Assembly: GCA_958295515.1 (NCBI GenBank)
Contig: CATQGW010000001.1
Coordinates: 777,522 to 841,521, forward strand
From: an uncultured Dehalococcoidia bacterium
GTDB taxonomy: Bacteria > Chloroflexota > Dehalococcoidia > Bin125
Direction of reading: 5' to 3'
Length of the DNA stretch: 64,000 nt
Shown: in pieces, positions 1 to 8,869 of the stretch
Layout of the letters: each line of letters begins with the position of its first letter
Numbering within the stretch: the first letter of the stretch is position 1
The notes under the pieces: model-generated
What the model was told of the DNA's origin: nothing
Databases searched by the model: none
Seen by the model: the letters and a program-made list of their open reading frames with translations, nothing else
Position numbers and translations under genes: made by a program

Positions 1-1557
1 GGGGGACTCGCGGCGCTCCTGGGTGATGGAGGCCGCCGCGCCGATTTTGCCCGCGACATGGCGGTTGATCGCGTTGATGTAGGCGCGCGCGCTGGCGACC
101 AGGATGTCCTGGTCGGCCGCGCGGCCGGTGTGGATCACGTCCTCGACGCGGATGCGGATGGTCACGTCGCCCTGGGCGTCGAGGCCCTCGGTGATCGACT
201 TGACGCTGTACTCCTCGAGGGCATCCTCGATGCCGATGATCGCGCGCAGCGTGCGGTAGATCGCGTCGACGGGACCGCTGCCCGTCTCGGAGCCCGAGCA
301 CTCCTCGCCGTCCGGCGAGCGGAGGGTGATCGATGCGCTGGGCGTTTCCGCGGTGCCGGTTGAGATTGAGATCGTGACCAGGTCCCAGGCGTTCTCGATC
401 TGGCCCATGCGGTCGAGCACGATCGCTTCGAGGTCGCGGTCGTCGACCACCGTCTTGGTGTCGGCGAGGGACTGAAAGCGCTCGAAGGCGGTGTTGAAGT
501 CGTCGCTCTCCAGCGCGTAGCCGAGGTCTTCGAGGCGCGAGCGGAAGCCGGCGCGTCCGGAGAGCTTGCTCAGCACGAACTGGCTGCCTTCCGTCCAGCC
601 GACCTCTTTGGGGTCCATGATCTCGTAGGTCTCGCGCAGCTTGACCACGCCGTCCTGGTGGATGCCGGACTGGTGGCGGAAGGCGTTCAGTCCGACGATG
701 GCCTTGTTGGGCTGCACGTGCATGCCGGCGAAGTCCTGCACCATGCGCGAGGCGGGGACGAGGAATTGCGGCTGCACGCCGATTTCCACGCCGAGGTGGT
801 CGGCGCGGGTGCGGATCGACATCACGGTTTCTTCCAGCGAGGCGTTGCCGGCGCGCTCGCCGAGGCCGTTGATGGTGCATTCCACCTGGCGCGCGCCGGC
901 GCGCACCGCGGCCAGGCTGTTGGCCGTGCTCAGCCCGAGGTCGTTGTGGCAGTGTACGGAGACGATCACGTTGTCTGCGCCGGGCACATCCTCGAGGATG
1001 CCGCGGATGAACGCTTCGAACTCGTCGGGAATGGCGTAGCCGACGGTGTCGGGGATGTTGATTGTGGTTGCGCCTGCCTCGATCACTTCGGCCAGCATGC
1101 GGCGCACGAAGTCGACATCGGAGCGCGTGGCGTCCATCGGGCTGAACTCGACGTCGTCGACGTGCTGCTTGGCCTGGGCGACCATCGCGCGGGCCTGTTG
1201 GAGCACCGATTCGCGGTCCTTGCGCAGCTGGTGGGCGATGTGGATGTCGCTGCTGGAGAGGAAGACGTGCAGGCGGGGTGCTTCGGCGTCGCGGATCGCG
1301 GCCCAGCCCTGCTCGACATCGTTGGGGACGGCGCGGCAGAGGGTGGCGATCTGGGTGCCGCGCACTTCGCGGGCGATCTGGTGGACGGCGTCGAAGTCGG
1401 CGGGGCTGGCGGCGGCGAAGCCGGCCTCGATGCAGTCCACGCCCATGCGTTCGAGCAGCTTGGCGATTTGCAGCTTTTCGTCGGCGGAGAAGGAGACGCC
1501 GGCGGCCTGCTCGCCGTCGCGCAGGGTGGTGTCGAAGATTCGGACTCGGTCAGCCAT
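1..1557 (-). CDS. leuA: 2-isopropylmalate synthase / citramalate synthase family (LeuA-like), 3' end truncated by window edge
   Basis: Reverse-complement translation from ATG at 1557 gives MADRVRIFDTTLRDGEQAAGVSFS...HCHNDLGL...; HMGL-like TIM barrel plus C-terminal LeuA dimerisation region; the + strand ORF 658..1749 is its antisense shadow. Confidence 0.85.
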   Translation of the reverse strand, partial: MADRVRIFDTTLRDGEQAAGVSFSADEKLQIAKLLERMGVDCIEAGFAAASPADFDAVHQIAREVRGTQIATLCRAVPNDVEQGWAAIRDAEAPRLHVFLSSSDIHIAHQLRKDRESVLQQARAMVAQAKQHVDDVEFSPMDATRSDVDFVRRMLAEVIEAGATTINIPDTVGYAIPDEFEAFIRGILEDVPGADNVIVSVHCHNDLGLSTANSLAAVRAGARQVECTINGLGERAGNASLEETVMSIRTRADHLGVEIGVQPQFLVPASRMVQDFAGMHVQPNKAIVGLNAFRHQSGIHQDGVVKLRETYEIMDPKEVGWTEGSQFVLSKLSGRAGFRSRLEDLGYALESDDFNTAFERFQSLADTKTVVDDRDLEAIVLDRMGQIENAWDLVTISISTGTAETPSASITLRSPDGEECSGSETGSGPVDAIYRTLRAIIGIEDALEEYSVKSITEGLDAQGDVTIRIRVEDVIHTGRAADQDILVASARAYINAINRHVAGKIGAAASITQERRESP

Positions 1558-1867
1558 GGTGGAGGTGCTCCAGAGTGGTGTGGGGTCTGGCGTGGGGGGA
1601 AGGTGGTCGGCGAGGCGTGGCCGCGTCGGACGGTCCGCTTCGCATCAGGGCAGGAGCAACCCGCGGGCAGCATCGGCCCGCGGCAGCATCCCCCTGGTGG
1701 TCGGTCGCGTCAGCATCATCGTTCGCAGTATACGCACATGCGCGGCTAGGCGGCGCGCCCCGACGAACACACCTGTCTCCCCAGCGGCTCAACCATCGCC
1801 TCGACAACAGGATAGAATCGCCCTGCGGAGCTTCTTGTGCTGGCCAACGAACGTCTTCGGGAGATCA

Positions 1868-2008
1868 CGACAGTTGGACATCCACTTCCGCACGAATCGG
1901 AGAGGGCAGCACGCCATCAAGCTCGGGCATCGGGAGCGCTTGATTGTGACCCTCGCAGACGACGGATCATTGACAATCCAAGAAGTGAGCTTGCGTCATT
2001 ATGAGTAG
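1868..2008 (+). pseudogene. higB-like toxin remnant with internal deletion (about 46 codons left)
   Basis: LDIHFRTNRRG...QHAIKLGHRERLIVTLADDGSLTIQEVSLRHYE aligns to the N- and C-terminal thirds of the intact HigB at 3398..3694 but lacks the middle; abuts higA-like gene. Confidence 0.55.
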
Positions 2009-3119
2009 CGCAAGCTTCCCCCAACTGCTGCGGAATCGCGCGATTCATCCGGGCCGAATCTTGGCGGATGAGCTTGAGGCGCGTTGCCTCTCGTCGGAAG
2101 ACCTGGCTCAACTCGTGCGACCGTCATCCGAACACATTGACCGTGTGCTGCGAGGTCGGGCGCGCATTAGTGGACGTTTCGCCGATGACCTGGAGCAGGC
2201 GCTTGACACCCCGTCGCACGTCTGGCGGCGCTTGCAGGCCGGATACGACGAGACTCTGGCGCGCCTGGCGGCTGAGCCCGACATGCGCCACGACATCGAG
2301 CTGCTGGGCAAGATTCCCTGGCGGGAGTTCGTCAAGCAGGGCTGGATCGCGGATCGCAGTACGGATGTTGAGCGGGTCGGCGAACTACGAACGCTCTACG
2401 CCGCGGACACGTTGAACGGCGCGATGCGCGACCAGCTCGCCGTGGCGTTCCGAATCACTGCGAAAACGAATGTCGATCCCTGGGCGCTCGCCGCATGGCT
2501 GCAACAGGGCGAGTGGCAAGTGATCGAGAGTCGACTGGCTGAGGGCAGCAAGCTCGCCCGCACCTTCAAGCCGTCGCTGTTCGCGGAAAACCTCCGCAGC
2601 ATTCGCGGGCTCATTGGCCGCGAGTCGTTCTGGCCTGAGATGCGCTCACTCTGCGCGTTTGCCGGCGTGCATCTGGAGTACGTACCCCACATTCGCAACT
2701 CCGGAGCGAATGGCCTCACACGCTGGCTTGATGACGACCGCCCGCTGATTCAGCTCAGCCTCTTGCGGAAGCGGGCGGACATCTTCTGGTTCAGCTTTTT
2801 TCACGAAGCGGCCCATGTCCTAAAGAAGGACCGGGACAAACTGTTCATCCATGGGAAAGAGCTCGGTCGCTCCAGCAGCGCTGAGCGGGCGGCCGACGAG
2901 TTTGCTGCGGACCTGTTGATTCCGCCGGAGGACTGGCGGGCGTTTGGCGAGGGCGGGGTCTTCACCAATGAGACGATCATCGAGTTTGCGCGCGACATCG
3001 GCGTCCACCCCGGCATCGTCGTTGGGCGGCTTCAGTATGAGAAGAACGTTCCGCAGAACCGCCACAACGAACTGCGCGTCTCCCTCGACCTCGACGCCTT
3101 CTCCACCGACCCTGTCTGA
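2001..3119 (+). CDS. HigA-type XRE HTH antitoxin fused to ImmA/IrrE (M78) zinc-peptidase-like domain, copy 1
   Basis: N-terminal HPGRILADELEARCLSSEDLAQLV... HigA HTH; C-terminal FHEAAHV HEXXH motif; 372 aa; paralog of 3695..4816. Confidence 0.75.
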   Translation: MSSASFPQLLRNRAIHPGRILADELEARCLSSEDLAQLVRPSSEHIDRVLRGRARISGRFADDLEQALDTPSHVWRRLQAGYDETLARLAAEPDMRHDIELLGKIPWREFVKQGWIADRSTDVERVGELRTLYAADTLNGAMRDQLAVAFRITAKTNVDPWALAAWLQQGEWQVIESRLAEGSKLARTFKPSLFAENLRSIRGLIGRESFWPEMRSLCAFAGVHLEYVPHIRNSGANGLTRWLDDDRPLIQLSLLRKRADIFWFSFFHEAAHVLKKDRDKLFIHGKELGRSSSAERAADEFAADLLIPPEDWRAFGEGGVFTNETIIEFARDIGVHPGIVVGRLQYEKNVPQNRHNELRVSLDLDAFSTDPV

Positions 3120-3131
3120 GCGGCTGGGCCG

Positions 3132-3259
3132 CGCAGGGTGGTGTCGAAGATTCGGACTCGGTCAGCCATGGTGGAGGTGCTCCAGAGTGGTGTGGGGTCT
3201 GGCGTGGGGGGAAGAGGGTCGGCGAGGCGTGGCCGCGTCGGACGGTCCGCCGCCGAGTT
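3132..3259. repeat. ~125 bp near-identical direct repeat copy B (copy A at 1519..1646) containing leuA start codon, first 13 codons and 5' leader
   Basis: gcgcagggtggtgtcgaagattcggactcggtcagccatggtggaggtgctccagagtggtgtggggtctggcgtggggggaag... present twice with about 2 mismatches. Confidence 0.9.
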
Positions 3260-3397
3260 GCCTGGCTGCTGTCGGTCTGTGCTCTCCAATGTGCTCCGTG
3301 ATTCAATGGATCATTGAAGAGATGTCTCCGAGATGCTATCGTGACTGTGGAACGCCCCCGATGTCAGCGCAAGTTCCCGACGTGAGGGAGATCTCCA

Positions 3398-3694
3398 TTG
3401 GACATCGAGTTTCGCAACCGGCGCCTTGAGCGGTTCTACTCGGTGAAGAGCGCCGCGCGAAAGCTGCCCGTTCCAGTTGTGGAGGCGTACGTTGACGCGA
3501 TCGACCTACTCAGGGCAGCGCGTGATCTCAACGCTCTGCGGGCAGTCAAAGGATTGCGTCTCGAACAACTTGAGGGATCGCGGAAGGGGCAGTATTCCAT
3601 CCGGCTCAACCGACAGTGGCGGTTGATTTTGAAGGAAGGCGACAGCAGCACGGTTGTGATCGTCTGGGACGTGAACAACCACTATCAGAAGTGA
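3398..3694 (+). CDS. higB: HigB toxin (plasmid-maintenance killer protein family, PF05015-like)
   Basis: MDIEFRNRRLERFY...LRLEQLEGSRKGQYSIRLNRQWRLILKEGD...VVIVWDVNNHYQK matches Proteus-type HigB; immediately upstream of higA with toxin-first order. Confidence 0.8.
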   Translation: MDIEFRNRRLERFYSVKSAARKLPVPVVEAYVDAIDLLRAARDLNALRAVKGLRLEQLEGSRKGQYSIRLNRQWRLILKEGDSSTVVIVWDVNNHYQK

Positions 3695-4816
3695 GTGAAC
3701 GCCATGACTCATCGACTAGCGGCACGGACGCACGGATACCGCGCGACGCACCCCGGCCGGATCTTGCGCCGCGAGCTTGAGGCGCGCGATATGACGCAAG
3801 CTGCTCTCGCCGCGCGAATGGGCCGCCCGACGCAGGTGATCAACCAGATCATCGGCGAGAAAAAGGCGGTCACCGCCGAGACTGCGCGCGGCCTGGAGCA
3901 TGTCTTGGGCATTCCTCGGCATGTCTGGATGAACCTCCAGTCGAACTACGCGCTCGCGCTTGACCGCCTTGCGGAGGAAGAGCGGCTGGAAGATGAGGAG
4001 CATGCACTGCTGGATGCGCTCGGCGCGGCCACGATCCGCGAAATGATTCGACAGGGCTGGATTGAGAAACGCGAGACGGCAGGGGCGCAGCTCTCGGAGC
4101 TGCTCTCGTTCTTCGGAGTGCAGACGCTCCACGGTCTGGAGCGCACGCCAAGCGCCGCCGCTTTCCGTGTGACGGCCGGCGCGAAGGTTGAACCCTGGCG
4201 GCTCGCGGCTTGGATGCGACGCGGTGAAATCATCGCGGACCAGACGGACCTTCCCGCATCTTTCAACTCCGACCGGTTCCGACGCCTGCTGCCCGACCTT
4301 CGCGGCGAAACGCGAAGCGAGAATCCCTGGCCGCAGCTTCGTGCGCGATGTGCGGCTGTGGGTCTCGCTGTGGTTGTGGTGCCGGCGCTGCCCAAGTCGG
4401 GTGCGAACGGCGTCGCCTATTGGCTTGGGCGCGACCGACCGGTGATCCAGCTCAGCTTGCGGAACAAGCGCGCCGACATCTTCTGGTTCAGCTTCTTCCA
4501 CGAGGCCGCGCATGTCCTGGATGGGTACCGCGCAGACGCGGCGATCAACCTCGAGCGTGTGCCGCGAGACGACCCTATGGAGCGGGCGGCGGATCAGTTT
4601 GCTGCGGACCTCTTGATTCCGCCGGAGGACTGGCGGGTGTTTGGCGAGGGCGGCGTCTTCACCAATGAGACGATCGTTGAGTTTGCGCGCGACATTGGGA
4701 TTCACCCGGGCATCGTCGTCGGGCGGCTTCAGTATGAGAAGAAAGTTCCGCAGAACCGCCATAACGAACTGCGCGTCTCCCTCGACCTCGACGCCTTCTC
4801 CACCGACCCGGTCTGA
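3695..4816 (+). CDS. higA: HigA-type XRE HTH antitoxin fused to ImmA/IrrE (M78) zinc-peptidase-like domain, copy 2
   Basis: HPGRILRRELEARDMTQAALAARMGRPTQVINQIIGEKKAVTAETARGLEHVLGIPRHVWMNLQSNYAL is a HigA HTH signature; FHEAAHV HEXXH motif; start abuts higB stop. Confidence 0.8.
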   Translation: MNAMTHRLAARTHGYRATHPGRILRRELEARDMTQAALAARMGRPTQVINQIIGEKKAVTAETARGLEHVLGIPRHVWMNLQSNYALALDRLAEEERLEDEEHALLDALGAATIREMIRQGWIEKRETAGAQLSELLSFFGVQTLHGLERTPSAAAFRVTAGAKVEPWRLAAWMRRGEIIADQTDLPASFNSDRFRRLLPDLRGETRSENPWPQLRARCAAVGLAVVVVPALPKSGANGVAYWLGRDRPVIQLSLRNKRADIFWFSFFHEAAHVLDGYRADAAINLERVPRDDPMERAADQFAADLLIPPEDWRVFGEGGVFTNETIVEFARDIGIHPGIVVGRLQYEKKVPQNRHNELRVSLDLDAFSTDPV

Positions 4817-4895
4817 GCGGCGACGTTATGCCACTTGGCGTGGCGCGATCCGCTGGCGATCCGCTAGCCTTGCGCTGAGCTCAGGAACTGGGATT

Positions 4896-7800
4896 ATGCA
4901 TAGGCGCACGATCGACATGGCTGTGAGCAGCGCCGCCGGGCGGTTGCTGCTGCGGCAATTGCGGGGGGGGGGGGGTGTAATGTCCCTCCCTGTCGGCGTG
5001 CTTCGGCCGACTGCGCTGCTGATCGCGTTGATCGGCGTGCTTGCGCTGGTCGGCGTGGCGCTGCGCTCGGAGGCCGTGGCGCAGACCAACAACGTGACCG
5101 TGGAGTTCACCCGCGTCGCCGTCGCTGAGCGCCTCGTGACCGATCGGTACAGCCAGACAGGTCCGTTCTCGCAGAACAACTACGGAATCATCCTGCGGCC
5201 CAACGACCTGACCATCAGCGGGGCAGCCCGAGTGCGGATCAGGTTCAGCGAGACGGTCAGCAGCTTCACGCTGGCGAACCTGACGGCAACCAACGCGACG
5301 CTCTCGAACCTGCAGGTGGAGACGGCCAACCGGCGTTGGACGTTCGACGTGACGCCGACGGCGGACGGCGCGGTCAGCATCAGCATCGCGGCCGGCGCAG
5401 TGAACGCCGCCGCCGATGCGACGCGCGGCAATGCGTCGGCGCAATTGAGCATGACCGCGGCGCTCGCCGCGCCCAAAGTGGTCTGGACCGACTTCACCTC
5501 GGCGACAACCCGGCTACAACGCACGGGGCCATATAGCGCCGGCACCCAGATTGACCTGAAGGTGATCTTCAGCGAGAACGTGACGGTTAGCGGCGTCCCG
5601 ACGGTCGGTCTGCACACGCCCAGCAAGACGCCGGGGTCGAAGACGTACAACGCGTCGTATCACAGCGGCAGCGGGACATCGGTGCTGCTCTTCCGCTACA
5701 CCGTGCCGTCCGGGCAGAGCTGGCTAGCCGGCCGCACCACGATCAATTCGTCGGCGATCAGCCTGCCGTCGAGCACCTCGATCGCCGACGCGTCGGGCAA
5801 CGCGGCGACGCTGACCCTGCCGCCGCGGGTGATCAAGGTGGAGCGGCACTTGCCCGCGCCCGCGCCCGGCGAACGCGCGCCGGCCGGGGTGGTCGGCGAC
5901 TCCCACGACTGGGTGTTCACCTTTAGCGAGCCGGTCACGGTGACGCAGGCGCCCGGCGCCGCAGCGCCGTTCTTCCTGGTCGGCTTTACCCTCCGGACCC
6001 CCATCAGCCCCACCCGCACCCGGGGAAACGCGCCCGCGAACTACCTGGAGGGCAGCGGCACGAACCAGCTCACCTTCCGTTACACGGTGCGAGCCGCCGA
6101 CGGTGTCGCTACCGATTCCAGCTTCGTCCCCGACAGCTATCCGTATATCCGGGTCCCCGACGGCTCAGGCGTCCGCAACGCGGCCGGGATTGACGTCCAC
6201 GGGCGAGTTCGCGAGGTCGTCAACCTCATCACCGCGCGCGAAGGGACACGGTTCGGGCGCTCACTCAGACTCTCGTTCTCGTCGATCCACGACGTCATTG
6301 TCCATCTGACCAGCAGCGATCCGGCGCGGGCGACGATCGAACCCAGTTCGTTCACGTTCTTGAGCAGCAACACCGACGCCGACCACTGGAGTACCCGGCA
6401 ACCCTTCATCGTCACGCTGCACCGCGACGATGATGAGGACGACAACGAAGTCACGATCTCCTACCGCTTCGAGAGCGATCTCACGATCATTGACGGCCGC
6501 ACCGGCACGTACTTCAAATTTCTCCTCCAGGAAGCCTTGCCCGGGGTGCCGACGGAGGTCCCCAGCGACACCCGGTCCGAAGGGACGCGGTTCACGATTC
6601 CATTCGCGCTGACGGAGTCGTTCGAGCAGGATGTGATCGTCCACCTGAGCAGCAGCCCTCCGGGGCGGATGACGTTCGAGCCCAGTTCGGTCAGGTTCCT
6701 GGGCTTCAACACCGACCCAGACCACTGGATGATCCCGCAGACCGTGACGGTTACGCTGCTCCCGGACAGCGATGCCGAAGACGACGAAGTCAGGATCCTC
6801 TACCGCTACGAGAGCGTTGACCCGTCCGTTCACGAGACCGCGGGAACGCTTACGACCTACACCGCCGCGGACAGCGCCAACGCGGAGTACGACGCGGCGA
6901 GTCTCCCCACGGACCTGCGGCTGGAGCTGGGCCTGGTGGAGGACTCCGACAATGTGGTGCCGCCCGGGGTGGAGCGGCGGGTTGCGGCGAAGCTGATCTA
7001 CAGCGGCGGCTACGTACCGCTGCAGGTCTCGGCGGACAGCTGGCTTCGGATCAGCGGCAGCGTGGAGTGGGAAGACCGGGATCGTCGGCGGCTGGACCTC
7101 GCGCGGCAGGAGACTCAGTACCTGGGCGACGCGCCGCCCTGCACGAGCCGCACGATTAACAACGTCGAGACCTGGAGCTGCGATGTGACGGTTGACGCGG
7201 CCCGCTTCGTGGTCGCGCCGGGCACGCCGGACGGAGCATTCACGATCTCCGGCAACATAGTCGTCAATGGTCGCGACTACCCCGTCGAGCTGGATGTGAC
7301 GGTGGGCACGGTCGCTGAGGTGGCCTCGGCGGAGCTGGGCTTCGCGACCGATATCGCGCCGGGCGACTCGACCGACACGCCGACCAACAACAACATCGCC
7401 GATGATCGTCCGTACCCGGACGCGATTGCGGTTGGGGAGAGCACGACGCTGCAGCTGGCGGTGCTCAACGAGCGGGGCACGGCCTCGCATACCGGCGAAA
7501 TCAGCTCGCTCGTTTTCACCACCACGGGCGGGACATTGAGTCTCGCCAACCCGGTGGGCGACTGCGTGGGCGGCGGCGGCAGCAGCTGCCAGGTGCCGGT
7601 CAACCTGCTGACCACCGACAACGCGGACGACATCCGGGTGACGCTCACGCATCCCGGGCTGGAGCAGCTGGGCGCGGGTGTGGTGCGGGCGCTCGTGGTG
7701 TCCAAAGACGGCGACACAGTCAACGCCGATCCGCTCACGGTGACCTTCCTCGGCCCCGCCGAGTCGATCGCGATCGCCGAGCCCGCCACGGCGGTGCTGA

Positions 7801-8762
7801 ACTACGACCCGCCCGCCCCAGACGGCGGCGGCGCAGATGTCCGCGATCTGCTGAAGCTGTCGGTTATCGGGTCCGATGCCAGCGGCCGTACGGTGCCGCT
7901 GACGGCGCCGTTCGGCAGAGTGATTGTCAGGGATCCCGACGGGCGGCTGGTCTGGAACGGCTCGAGCTACGCGGTGCAGAACGGGATGCGGATCGACTGG
8001 CCGCTGCGGGAGCGGGATGATGACGGGGCGCTCGTGGATGGCGACTCCAGCAAGAGCGGGGTTCAGCCGAAATATATCCGCGATGCGGACGGCAATCTGC
8101 AGGTGCAAGTTGATATTGAGGTGGATGAGGCGGCGCAGCTGACGAAGGGGGAGTACACGATCGAGCTGCGCGCCATCGGGGAGACGGCTGAGCAGACCTT
8201 CTCGGTCGGCGGCGAGCCGGCGGAGGTCGCGCTGGGCGAACCGACAGGCTCGACGGAGGACGGCGGGCGGCTGACCGTGACCGCGACGCTGACTGATGCG
8301 GACGGCAACCTGGTGGGGGAGGGGACGCCGGTGCGTTGGGAAGAGGGCAGCGTGGGGTCGCATGTGGTGTTGGTGCAGATCTCCGCTGAGGCGAGGACGA
8401 GCGGCGGCAGCGCGTCGGCGACGTATCTGGTGGTGGGGCGGGGAACGGCCTGGGTGCGGGCGAGTTCGGGGGAGGCGACGGACACGCGGGTGATGTTCAA
8501 CCTGGGCGCGCCGCCTGCGCCAGCTGCGCTGGCCAACCCCGCGGAGTCGCTCAGCAGTCATAGGCCGGGCGCGTTTGCGTCCTGGCTCGGCAGGGGGGCG
8601 ACGAGCGCTTCCGCGCTGCTGGCGGGGCTCGACGGGATTGATTCGATCTCCGTGTGGCGCAATGGCGCTTGGCTGCGCTATGAGGTGGTGGACGGCGCGG
8701 CGGCGGGCGGTGGGGTGGACTTTGAGGTGCGGCGGGGCGAGATCCTGCGTTTGGGCGGCTGA
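4896..8762 (+). CDS. giant secreted/surface repeat protein, paralog 1 (alternative start ATG 4979 immediately after G13 tract)
   Basis: From ATG 4896 the frame runs through a G13 tract (encoding RGGGGV) into MSLPVGVLRPTALLIALIGVLALVGVALRSEAVAQ signal peptide; internal ~100 aa duplicated domain (..HLTSSDPARATIEPSS.../..HLSSSPPGRMTFEPSS...); C-terminal region shared with 11032..14442 and 17972..21658. Confidence 0.7.
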   Translation: MHRRTIDMAVSSAAGRLLLRQLRGGGGVMSLPVGVLRPTALLIALIGVLALVGVALRSEAVAQTNNVTVEFTRVAVAERLVTDRYSQTGPFSQNNYGIILRPNDLTISGAARVRIRFSETVSSFTLANLTATNATLSNLQVETANRRWTFDVTPTADGAVSISIAAGAVNAAADATRGNASAQLSMTAALAAPKVVWTDFTSATTRLQRTGPYSAGTQIDLKVIFSENVTVSGVPTVGLHTPSKTPGSKTYNASYHSGSGTSVLLFRYTVPSGQSWLAGRTTINSSAISLPSSTSIADASGNAATLTLPPRVIKVERHLPAPAPGERAPAGVVGDSHDWVFTFSEPVTVTQAPGAAAPFFLVGFTLRTPISPTRTRGNAPANYLEGSGTNQLTFRYTVRAADGVATDSSFVPDSYPYIRVPDGSGVRNAAGIDVHGRVREVVNLITAREGTRFGRSLRLSFSSIHDVIVHLTSSDPARATIEPSSFTFLSSNTDADHWSTRQPFIVTLHRDDDEDDNEVTISYRFESDLTIIDGRTGTYFKFLLQEALPGVPTEVPSDTRSEGTRFTIPFALTESFEQDVIVHLSSSPPGRMTFEPSSVRFLGFNTDPDHWMIPQTVTVTLLPDSDAEDDEVRILYRYESVDPSVHETAGTLTTYTAADSANAEYDAASLPTDLRLELGLVEDSDNVVPPGVERRVAAKLIYSGGYVPLQVSADSWLRISGSVEWEDRDRRRLDLARQETQYLGDAPPCTSRTINNVETWSCDVTVDAARFVVAPGTPDGAFTISGNIVVNGRDYPVELDVTVGTVAEVASAELGFATDIAPGDSTDTPTNNNIADDRPYPDAIAVGESTTLQLAVLNERGTASHTGEISSLVFTTTGGTLSLANPVGDCVGGGGSSCQVPVNLLTTDNADDIRVTLTHPGLEQLGAGVVRALVVSKDGDTVNADPLTVTFLGPAESIAIAEPATAVLNYDPPAPDGGGADVRDLLKLSVIGSDASGRTVPLTAPFGRVIVRDPDGRLVWNGSSYAVQNGMRIDWPLRERDDDGALVDGDSSKSGVQPKYIRDADGNLQVQVDIEVDEAAQLTKGEYTIELRAIGETAEQTFSVGGEPAEVALGEPTGSTEDGGRLTVTATLTDADGNLVGEGTPVRWEEGSVGSHVVLVQISAEARTSGGSASATYLVVGRGTAWVRASSGEATDTRVMFNLGAPPAPAALANPAESLSSHRPGAFASWLGRGATSASALLAGLDGIDSISVWRNGAWLRYEVVDGAAAGGGVDFEVRRGEILRLGG
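4963..4975 (+). repeat. G13 homopolymeric tract at translation start of giant protein paralog 1
   Basis: 13 consecutive G counted directly (gcaattgc-G13-tgtaATG). Confidence 0.9.
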
Positions 8763-8869
8763 GCTGCCTTCCACCGAGCCTGCCTGAGCTGCGCAAGCCC
8801 TTGCGGGAATCTTTATGATCGCCTTATTGGCTTGCGCGCCCGTTGGGCGTTCCCTGAAGGAGTCTGAAA

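Noticed and set aside
658-1749. 363-aa + strand ORF (and 1046..2008, 1083..1673 -) across the leuA region
   Set aside because: The translation is low-complexity and rich in G/A/V/D/H. It is antisense or off-frame to a clear LeuA coding sequence on the minus strand, so it is a high-GC shadow ORF.
4641-4895. Upstream extension of giant gene 1 ORF back to 4641 overlapping higA2
   Set aside because: There is no start codon context, it overlaps the higA 3' end in another frame, and it is not conserved with the paralog 2 upstream region before the shared leader.
6261-8774. 837-aa minus-strand ORF inside giant gene 1 (similar antisense ORFs at 18473..19780, 19991..21013)
   Set aside because: It is Arg/Pro/His-rich with no domain signal and lies entirely antisense to a well-supported repeat-protein gene.
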